This document shows positions 18,528 through 26,735 of a DNA stretch of 64,000 nt, piece by piece. This DNA comes from an uncultured delta proteobacterium (GTDB lineage: Bacteria > Desulfobacterota > Binatia > UBA9968), in the NCBI GenBank assembly GCA_963737905.1, contig CAVTUQ010000040.1:61870-125869 (forward strand), written 5' to 3'. Both the position numbers and the translations under genes were made by a program. The stretch's first letter is position 1. Every line of letters begins with the position of its first letter. The notes beneath the pieces are model-generated. The model was given only the letters and a program-made list of their open reading frames with translations, was not told where the DNA came from and did no database searches.

Positions 18528-19148
18528 ATGAGGGTTAGCAAAGTATACACTGAGAACTTTCTGGCATCGCTTCTATGGCTGATGATGGCTGGCTGCGCGG
18601 TTTCAAGTTGTGCTCTGACCGGCATACGAGCCGTAGGTCCAGCGAACGCACCGCCGACTCTTTCCGGTCGGTGGCAGCCAGCAGACGGCGCACTGCCACA
18701 TCAAGGGATAGCCATAGACGGTCGTGGTTATTTTGATTATGAAATTTTAGCTCCTTCAGACGGGATCGTTGTGCGCATTAGGGGTGATCATGTCACAATT
18801 CGTCATGGCCTAGGTTCGAACAAACAGGACATATACACGGACCATTTCCATGTGGACGGCACATCGCTCACGGAGGGGGATCAGGTAAAAAGAGGACAGA
18901 GCATAGGCTTGATTGGTAGGGGCACGTACACCCTCGTTCCCCATTATCATTACGTGGTCAGGAAAAGAGAAGGTCGCGGAAAGTTTATCGTGCTAGACCC
19001 CATCGATTACTGGTTTGGAATTGACGAGTACAAGGAAAAGCTGGGAAAAAAACTCGTTACTGGACCATTTGTAATCCCTTGCTTCGATCCAAATGTGAAT
19101 TACCCAAAAGAGCCGATAAGATTTACATATCCAGTCAAATGCAAGTGA
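18528..19148 (+). CDS. M23 peptidase-family exported protein, possible lipoprotein
   Basis: Signal peptide with MAGC, PHQGIAI, EILAPSDGIV, GDQVKRGQSIGLIG and PHYH. Confidence 0.8.
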   Translation: MRVSKVYTENFLASLLWLMMAGCAVSSCALTGIRAVGPANAPPTLSGRWQPADGALPHQGIAIDGRGYFDYEILAPSDGIVVRIRGDHVTIRHGLGSNKQDIYTDHFHVDGTSLTEGDQVKRGQSIGLIGRGTYTLVPHYHYVVRKREGRGKFIVLDPIDYWFGIDEYKEKLGKKLVTGPFVIPCFDPNVNYPKEPIRFTYPVKCK

Positions 19149-19242
19149 TTCCTTCGTTCCAGGCACCAACACGGCATCTAGGGTGTCCTCTTTCCTTTTG
19201 ACTGTAGATTGCCTTCTGGTTGTGATATTCTTTTGATTGAGT

Positions 19243-19434
19243 ATGGAAAAGGTAGTTCATAAATTTCGCTCCTTTGAAGATGCCGATAACGCCGACTACG
19301 AATATTACCGCGCCCTCTCCGGAAACGAAAAACTGCAACTGCTGCTTGACTTGATCATGCCCGAGAACCCCGATGCGGCCACTGTCGCGCGATCTGCGCG
19401 AGTTCATCCACTTACTGAACACGAACCGTGTTAA
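19243..19434 (+). CDS. Small protein partnered with the nucleotidyltransferase (putative TA component)
   Basis: 63 aa, DYEYYRALSGNEKLQLL; overlaps the downstream gene. Confidence 0.65.
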   Translation: MEKVVHKFRSFEDADNADYEYYRALSGNEKLQLLLDLIMPENPDAATVARSARVHPLTEHEPC

Positions 19435-19837
19435 GTACGTGATCGTCGGCGCCTGGGCGCTCGCGTTCCACGGGCGGCCACGTTATACCGGCGATCTCGA
19501 TATCTTTGTTGCCCGAGACGATGAGAACGCCGACAAACTGATGGCGGTCATCGAAGCTTTCGGATTTAAGGATGCCGGTATCAGGCGCGAAGATTTCCTG
19601 CAGGTCGATCACGTCATTCAGCTTGGGCGTGAGCCCAACCGTATCGATATCCTTACCGGAATCAGCGGAGTCTCATTCGACGAAGCATGGGCCAACCGAG
19701 AGTCAGGGAAAGTCGCCGATATTGCCGTATTTGTCATCAGCCGAGACCTTCTGATCAAGAATAAACGGGCGGCTAACCGAGACAAAGATCAGGGAGATAT
19801 CAAGCTATTGGAAAGAACTCGGCCGCCACGTCATTAG
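19373..19837 (+). CDS. Nucleotidyltransferase-like protein (DUF6036/AbiEii-like)
   Basis: YVIVGAWALAFHGRPRYTGDLDI (G...DxD), RIDIL and KRAANRDKDQGDI. Confidence 0.85.
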   Translation: MRPLSRDLREFIHLLNTNRVKYVIVGAWALAFHGRPRYTGDLDIFVARDDENADKLMAVIEAFGFKDAGIRREDFLQVDHVIQLGREPNRIDILTGISGVSFDEAWANRESGKVADIAVFVISRDLLIKNKRAANRDKDQGDIKLLERTRPPRH

Positions 19838-19882
19838 CGAGTCTAACGTCCGCCTCGTTTTGATCCGACCGGCGACATAAGG

Positions 19883-20013
19883 TGTGTCTTTTTACACACC
19901 TTATGGTGTCTAAAAAAACACCTTCTTAATCGTCCAGCCCGCATCGTTTTTAGCAGCTCTCTCATTAACTCAATCACTTAGCTCATCTGTTCTTCCCTGG
20001 CACTGCGGTTGCT
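19883..20013 (+). promoter_or_regulatory. Sigma54 promoter module copy 6
   Basis: TGTGTC-TTTTTA-CACACC (19883-19900), GGTGTC-TAAAAA-AACACC (19905-19922), ACTCAATCACTTA, TGGCAC-TGCGG-TTGCT (19998-20013). Confidence 0.85.
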
Positions 20014-20103
20014 CAGTTGCCGCTTAGAAATCATTACGCCGCCAGATTCTATGGTGTCGAAATCACGCTTCGGCATCATCGACAGCGGGAAGGGGTCATT
20101 CCT

Positions 20104-22083
20104 ATGAAACAGACAAGAAATATCGCTCGACGTTGGTTCGCTTCGATCCTAGTGCTGCTCATGGCCACATTAACGCTGGAGCCAGTTGCACTCGCAGGGG
20201 CGGATCCGAGCTGGATCCCTACCGGCAGCCTCAACATAACCCGCTCGGATCACACAGCGACACTGCTAGCCAACGGGAAAGTACTGGTCGTAGGAGGCTA
20301 CAACTATGAAGATGGTGGTGATCTCAACAGCGCAGAGTTGTACGACCCATCCACGGGCACATGGAGCGTCACTGGCAACCTCAATACACCTCGGTCTGGT
20401 CAGACCGCGACACTACTGCCAAACGGTAAGGTACTGGTCGTAGGAGGCTACAACTATGAAGGTGGTGGTGATCTCGACAGCGCAGAGTTGTACGACCCAT
20501 CCACGGGCACATGGAGCGTCACCGGTAGCCTCAGCACGGGTCGCCGCGGTCACACAGCGACGCTGTTGCCCAACGGTAAGGTACTGGTCGTTGGGGGCTC
20601 CAACTATAACAACTATCCACCAGCGGGTTCTCTCAACAGTTCAGAGCTCTATGACCCGGCTACAGGAACGTGGGCGGTCGCCAACGGCCTCAACGTAGCT
20701 CGCTCAAGTCACACAGCAACGCTGCTGTCCAACGGAAAAGTTCTGATCGCGGGAGGATTCACGGGATTCTCCACCAGCGGTCTTTGCCCATGCATAGATT
20801 TTGTTACGAACAGTGCGGAGCTCTATGATCCGATCACGGGGACATGGAGCTCCACGGCCAACCTCAACGCGGAGCGTGGTCTTCACTCAGCGACGTTGCT
20901 CCAGAACGGCAAGGTCCTGGTCGCGGGAGGAACCAATGGCACCCTTATCGATATTGACGAACTTGTCCCTCTCACTAGCGCAGAATTATACGATCCAGCC
21001 ACAGGAACATGGACCCTTACCGGCAGTCTCAATACAGCCCGCAATTCTCATACAGCAACGCTGCTTCCCAATGGCAAGGTCTTGGCCGCAGCCGGATATT
21101 ATACGGGTACGGCGGAGTTATACGACCCAGCCACGGAAACGTGGAGTTTCACCGCCAGTCTCAACACACCTCGCTCAGGTCACACAGCGACGCGACTCCA
21201 AAACGGCCAGGTGCTGATTGCGGGAGGCGATAATGGCTCCATTCCTAGCAGCGCGGAGCTATATAATTCCCATCGGCCCGCACCAGTGGATTTCGATGGC
21301 GACGGCAGAAGTGACATCGCAGTGTACCGCGATGGTGCTTGGTTCATCGTGCGATCATCGGACGGAGGAGTGACAGCGACAGATTGGGGAGGTCTGCCAC
21401 AGGACAAACCGGTACCAGCGGACTATGATGGAGATGGGAAAGTGGACCTAGCGGTCTACCGAGATGGGACGTGGTTTATTCTTCGATCTTCGGATGGAGT
21501 GCAACTATCACTGGCTTGGGGTGGTTTGCCGCAGGACATACCGCTACCTGCAGATTATGACGGCGACGGGAGGGCAGATCTAGCGGTGTATCGTGATGGA
21601 ATGTGGTTCATCTTACGTTCTTCAGACGGAGGCCAGACCACTGTGGGATGGGGCGGAGCGTTAGCGGATGTGCCGGTACCGGCAGACTATGATGGCGACG
21701 GGAAAGCAGATATCGCGGTGTACCGTAGTGGGACGTGGTTTATCATCCGATCATCGGACGGTGCGGTGCAGGTGTCAGCGGGTTGGGGCGGAGCGGCTCA
21801 GGACATACCGCTACCGGCAGACTACGACGGTGATGGAAAGGCAGATATGGCGATTTACCACGACGGGTTGTGGTTCATCTTACGTTCTTCCGATAGCGGC
21901 CAGATAGCCGTGGGCTGGGGAGGACTGCCACAGGATGTACCGGTGCCGGCAGACTTTGACGGTGACGGCAAGGCAGACGTGGCGCTCTACCGTAATGGAA
22001 TGTGGTTCATCATTCGATCCTCGGATGGAGGAGTGACAGCGACAGGATGGGGAGGGGCAGCGGAGGATATTCCGCTGAACTGA
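20104..22083 (+). CDS. Secreted Kelch-repeat plus FG-GAP/VCBS-like repeat protein
   Basis: Signal peptide, about 7 HTATLL.NGKVLV.GG...AELYDP repeats, then about 6 PADYDGDGKADxAVYR.G.WFI repeats. Confidence 0.92.
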   Translation: MKQTRNIARRWFASILVLLMATLTLEPVALAGADPSWIPTGSLNITRSDHTATLLANGKVLVVGGYNYEDGGDLNSAELYDPSTGTWSVTGNLNTPRSGQTATLLPNGKVLVVGGYNYEGGGDLDSAELYDPSTGTWSVTGSLSTGRRGHTATLLPNGKVLVVGGSNYNNYPPAGSLNSSELYDPATGTWAVANGLNVARSSHTATLLSNGKVLIAGGFTGFSTSGLCPCIDFVTNSAELYDPITGTWSSTANLNAERGLHSATLLQNGKVLVAGGTNGTLIDIDELVPLTSAELYDPATGTWTLTGSLNTARNSHTATLLPNGKVLAAAGYYTGTAELYDPATETWSFTASLNTPRSGHTATRLQNGQVLIAGGDNGSIPSSAELYNSHRPAPVDFDGDGRSDIAVYRDGAWFIVRSSDGGVTATDWGGLPQDKPVPADYDGDGKVDLAVYRDGTWFILRSSDGVQLSLAWGGLPQDIPLPADYDGDGRADLAVYRDGMWFILRSSDGGQTTVGWGGALADVPVPADYDGDGKADIAVYRSGTWFIIRSSDGAVQVSAGWGGAAQDIPLPADYDGDGKADMAIYHDGLWFILRSSDSGQIAVGWGGLPQDVPVPADFDGDGKADVALYRNGMWFIIRSSDGGVTATGWGGAAEDIPLN

Positions 22084-22171
22084 ACCACGGAAAGGATTTG
22101 GATAGACAACGCCTTACCAAAAAACGGAGAGTAGAAACGCGCTGGGAGTCTTCTTCTTGAGGCAGCTTAAC

Positions 22172-22222
22172 GATCAGGGAGATATCAAGCTATTGGAGAG
22201 AACTCGGCCCCCGCGTCGTTAG
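22172..22222 (+). repeat. 51-bp direct repeat of the nucleotidyltransferase 3' end (19787-19837)
   Basis: GATCAGGGAGATATCAAGCTATTGGA(A/G)AGAACTCGGCC...TTAG, 4 mismatches in 51 bp. Confidence 0.9.
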
Positions 22223-22366
22223 GACCGTAGCACCACAGGATGTGCTACGCGCGATACACTGATCCAATGCCACCCACTGCCTTAAGGATGCGGAACGATG
22301 ACTTCCTATTGACAACCAGCACCCGGCTTAACTATTCAAGAACCAACAATCCTGGAGGTTAAGCCG

Positions 22367-23395
22367 ATGGCGAACAAACGTGTCGATTGCGACGGTCACG
22401 TTATGGAAGTGACCGATGAGCTCATAAGCTTCGTGGGTGAGCCGTTTAAGACCACTGGCCACATGAATCCTCGTCGCGTCTTGCCAAGTCTGGATCGGTT
22501 TCACACGCCGCGCTTGGAGGAGCGCAAGCCCGGCACTTTTGATCCATCTGTGGGTCCGGAAAAATGGCTCCAATTTCTTGACAAGACCGGATTGGAATCC
22601 AGCGTACTGTTCCCTACTGAAGGACTGGCCTACGGCCAGGTCGCATTTCCGCCCTGGGCCATCGCCTACGCCAGGGCGTACAATGATTGGCTGCATGCGA
22701 AGTATTTGAAATTCAATTCCCGGCTCAAAGGTATGGCATTGATTCCCATGCAGGACGTACCGGCTGCGGTCACGGAGCTCCGGCGCGCCGTGAAAGAGCT
22801 GGGCATGGTGGGCGCAATGCTGCCGTCGAATGGCCTAACCCCACATTTGAGTGCAAAACATTTCTGGCCCGTCTATGAAGAAGCGGCCAAGCTCGATTGC
22901 GCTCTGGCGGTGCATGGGGGTTGCTACGGCGATCTGGGCTTTAATACCTACACGGTTTTTCCCGCCACCCGCGCGCTGGGGATGCCGGTACCTCTGGCCA
23001 TCGCCGCGACGGGTATGATCGTCGACGGCGTATTTGATTCATTTCCGACCTTGCGCGTCGGCTTTTTGGAAGGCGGCACCAGTTGGATTCCCATGGTCAT
23101 CGATCGTTTGGAAAGGGAATTGGAGTACGGCGGGCTGCGCATCAAACGCAAACCAGTGGACTACTTCAAGAGCGGCAAGCTCTTCTGTAGCTGCGAAGGC
23201 AACGAAAAAGCTTTGGCCTACGCCATCGAACGGGTTGGAGTGGAACCTTTCATGTTCGCTTCGGATTTTCCTCACGAGATCTCCCTCGACAACTGCATGG
23301 AGGAGATCGACGAAATCATCGAGCGCGACGATTTGAAGGAAGAGCATAAAGCAGCGATTCTCGGCGACAACGCGCGGCGTTTTTACAAGATTTGA
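22367..23395 (+). CDS. Amidohydrolase_2 family protein
   Basis: DCDGH, YNDW, LAVHG, FLEGG, FASDFPH and NARRFY. Confidence 0.92.
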   Translation: MANKRVDCDGHVMEVTDELISFVGEPFKTTGHMNPRRVLPSLDRFHTPRLEERKPGTFDPSVGPEKWLQFLDKTGLESSVLFPTEGLAYGQVAFPPWAIAYARAYNDWLHAKYLKFNSRLKGMALIPMQDVPAAVTELRRAVKELGMVGAMLPSNGLTPHLSAKHFWPVYEEAAKLDCALAVHGGCYGDLGFNTYTVFPATRALGMPVPLAIAATGMIVDGVFDSFPTLRVGFLEGGTSWIPMVIDRLERELEYGGLRIKRKPVDYFKSGKLFCSCEGNEKALAYAIERVGVEPFMFASDFPHEISLDNCMEEIDEIIERDDLKEEHKAAILGDNARRFYKI

Positions 23396-23505
23396 AGAGG
23401 ACATCAGAGACGAAATTGCGTCTGAGAATTGCGATCATCACCCCGCCGTCGTCGCCGGTCAGAAGGTTCATTGGATCATTTGAATTCCGGCCATAAAGGA
23501 GAGAT

Positions 23506-24664
23506 TTGATGTTGCAGGGTTATCAAGTATTCGATGCTGACGCCCATGGTTCGCTCAGCCCGGCCATGTGGGAAACACTGCCTAAGGAATACGCCGTCCG
23601 GCGCCCGCGCCCTGTCGACATCTCCGACGCAACCGGCCTGGGTAATTATAGCGCCGGTTGGCTCATCGAAGGCCGGCTCGAACCTCATGCCTTCGGTCCG
23701 GGCGCGCAGCAGGCAAATACCCCGCGCCTCATCATGCCGGAGTTCGGCGCCGACACGAGCCGCGAGATCTGTTCCCCCGGCAGTGTCAGCCTTACGGATA
23801 TTCCAGCGCGGATAGGCGACCTGGATCGCATGGGCTTCGACAGTCAAGTGCTCTTCCCCAGCACGCTTTACGCGCACATGACCGCCGACCCGGGTTTCGA
23901 AGCGGCGTTGTATCGATCCTACAACCGCTATGTCGGCAACCAATGCCGGCAAGCGCCCAAACGGCTCAAATGGGCCGGCTTGTTACCGGTGCGTCACCGA
24001 CGCGAAGCGTTCGCAGCGCTGGAGGAGATGCAACGGCTCGGCGCTCGCGCCGCCGTCGTTTTCGGCACCGCCGGTGAGCGGCTGCTTTCTGATCCGAGCT
24101 TTCCTTCCCGTATGGGATGAGTTTGCCCGCACCAGGTTGCCGCTCTGCGTGCACATGGGCATGAGCTATCCGCCGCTTGCCGAACTCGGACGCTCGATTT
24201 ACGACGGCCACGTCATCGGCATGTCACTGCCGGCGCAGCTTGCCTTCATGGCCATCGTCGGTCATCGCATGCTCGACCGCTATCCCGATTTGAAAGTCGC
24301 ATTTCTTGAGTTTGGCGCCGAGTGGATTTTTTACATGGTCGCCAGAATGGACCATTACCTGCCCCTCGATCGGGGCGCCCATATCTGGGGCATGAGTATG
24401 CCCAATGCGGAGAACCTGCCGCGAAAAAGCGTGGAAGAATACGTGAAGTCTGGAAGAATTTTTATCGCCGCGGAGGCCGATGACAAGTTATTACAAAACC
24501 TTTTTGGGCTGCTCGGCGAGGATCAAATTCTGTTTTCATCGGATTTCCCCACGGCGAAGGCAGGGAAAATGCGCGGCTGGAAATTCTTCAACGCAAGGAT
24601 CTTTCCCAGGCACAAAAGAAAAAGCTTCTGTACGACAACACGGTGCGGCTTTTCGGAGCCGTAG
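23506..24664 (+). pseudogene. Amidohydrolase_2 family protein with frameshifts at ~24100 and ~24548
   Basis: DADAH...YNRY in frame 1, LCVHMG...FLEFG...FSSDFP in frame 2, HGEGREN...DNTVRLF in frame 3. Confidence 0.8.
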
Positions 24665-24842
24665 CCCGGATCATTCACTGGCAAGCAACCATCACGGGAC
24701 GAGCCCTCCGGATCGAAGGCAATGGACCCTACCTAGGCGGCCTGCAAACGTAGGCTCTGGAGCAGACACCGGTCAAGTAACGTCAGGCTGTTCTCGCCTT
24801 GAACCGTAGTGTTCAGCTCGTCCTGAATACGGCTAATCGCGG

Positions 24843-26089
24843 CTACATCCCCGTTTCTGCTCTCCGCAATTGCTCGCGCAACGCTTCCAATGTCGGCGCG
24901 ATCGGCGCGAGCTCCTGCTCATCGAAGCGAATCGATTCCGGTTGTTTCAATCCGTGTCCGGTAAGGTTACAGATTACGAGTTCTTCGCGACCGATCACGC
25001 CGGTCGCCCGGAGTCTTTTGGCCGCGGCCACCGAAGTTGCAGCCGCGGGTTCAGCGAAAATTCCCGCGAGTCTTGCCGTTAGCTTTTGAGCTTCAAGAAT
25101 TTCCTCGTCGCTCAAGGGCACGGCCGTCCCATTAGACTCACGCAGCGCAGCCAGCGCTCGCCAACCCAGCGAGACCGGATTTCCTACCTGAATGCTTTCC
25201 GCTACCGTCGGGCCGCGCAACCTCCGGCTCGACATCGAGAAGTCCCTTCATAAACGCGGCGAGCGATCGGCGCCGCGGCCTCGCTTTGCGAGGCCACCAA
25301 CCGCGGTAGATTTTGAATCCAGCCCAGAGAACGAAATTCTTGAAACCCCTTCCACATGGCGTAGATTCCCGTGCCGCCCGCGGTGGGATGTATCACCCAG
25401 TCGGGAACTTCACCGTCAAGTTGATCGATGAACTCGTAGGCGTAGGACTTTTTACCCTCATCGCGGTACGGATTGGACGACAAACAATCGTACCAGCCAA
25501 ATTCCTCTAACGCAGATTTATAGAGCCTGGCCACTTCATTATCGAAATCACCATCGATAACGACGACGGTCGCTCCATACGCGCGTGCCTGAACGATCTT
25601 CGCTGCTGCCGTCCCCACCGGCACCATCACTACGCTTCGCATCCCGGCCGCTGCCGAATACGCCGCGACAGATGCCGCGGCATTCCCGGTTGACATCACG
25701 GTTGCGGTCGTGAAGCCGAGTTCTTTCGCTTTGGAAATGCCGACGCTGTTACTTCGGTCTTTGAGCGAACCGGTCGGCAAGACCGTATCGTTCTTCAAAT
25801 AGAGCCGGGGAATACTTAGCTCCGCGCCAAGCCGGGTTGCTTCGATCAATGGCGTGGAGCCCTCGCCCAGGGAAACAATCGATGAGCGGTTCTCGACGGG
25901 AAAGAAATCGAACCAGCGCCAAATACTGCGATCACGGCTCTCTGACATCGCTCGATGATCGGCGCGTGTGAGATAGTCAATTCCGACCTTTACTTCCAGG
26001 ATGCTATCGCAGGCACGACATCGGAAAATCGTCGGCAAGGTGGCTTTGTTGCCACATCTCGGGCAGAGTAGCGCGCTGACAATTCCCAT
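24843..26089 (-). CDS. thrC: Threonine synthase-like PLP enzyme (frameshift near 25260)
   Basis: SLGEGSTPL, PTGSLKDR, STGNAA and PTAGG. The C-terminal GIFAEPAAA and TGHGLK lie in ORF 24843-25235. Confidence 0.85.
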
Positions 26090-26163
26090 AAAATGCAGAC
26101 GTCTACGGGTCAGAGTTCATAACTTCAACCCGATATTCCATCATTCCATTATTCCGATCTTCT

Positions 26164-26673
26164 TTACGACGTTCTCCGCTCGATCTCATTGAGGGATTTC
26201 TCGAGTTCTCCCTCCAGATCCGCCACATCAAAGCCGACCGCACGCGCGCCGTCGAGGGTGGCAATACAAATCATGACTAAGTCCAGCGTCTCCTTCGGTG
26301 GCGGCTCATCCGGATGGTCGTAAAGATAGTGATCCACCCGGCCGCTGAGAGTAGAAAAATCTTTGAGGCAGACTACCGGCGGGAGGTCACGTAGCGGCCC
26401 GGTATTTTCTGTTGATGGGGCGAAAGCGATGCCTCCGGGATCTACCAGAGCGATTTGATTGCCGTTGTCGAAAAGCAAAACCAGGTAACTGTCTTGGGTC
26501 TCCGGATGAACCTTTTCTTCAAAGTCTTTTACTTCTTGCCACGGTAAACGGATGGTTTTCCCTGACGCCACGTCCATCAAGGAAGAGCTTTCCTCGTCAT
26601 AGAGCACGACCTGCCGATGCGTTTCCACCCAGGCACGTACTTTCGCTTTCGCTTGATCCACCAACTTGGGCAT
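26164..26673 (-). CDS. Hypothetical protein
   Basis: 169-aa ORF co-oriented within a minus-strand run; natural-looking composition. Confidence 0.7.
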   Translation of the reverse strand: MPKLVDQAKAKVRAWVETHRQVVLYDEESSSLMDVASGKTIRLPWQEVKDFEEKVHPETQDSYLVLLFDNGNQIALVDPGGIAFAPSTENTGPLRDLPPVVCLKDFSTLSGRVDHYLYDHPDEPPPKETLDLVMICIATLDGARAVGFDVADLEGELEKSLNEIERRTS

Positions 26674-26735
26674 TTATTGATTCTATCATGCGCACTAATT
26701 TTTACGCACGATAAAGGCCGGAACTGCGAAATAGC

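Noticed and set aside
7996-20013. The six repeated modules as a CRISPR array
   Set aside because: The units are ~130 bp long, kilobases apart and separated by genes. There is no repeat-spacer periodicity and no cas gene.
14262-21116. Kelch fragment and 51-bp duplicates as DGR template/variable repeats
   Set aside because: Mismatches are not confined to adenines, and no reverse transcriptase is present.
20250-22080. Internal DNA repeats as a non-coding array
   Set aside because: They are fully explained by in-frame Kelch and FG-GAP protein repeats.
8000-22250. Classical integron or attC cassette array
   Set aside because: There is no tyrosine integrase in the window. RYYYAAC-like hits (GTCTAAC ~19840, GCTTAAC ~22165) lack a complementary GTTRRRY end and attC hairpin. 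The repeats lie upstream of genes and carry promoter motifs.
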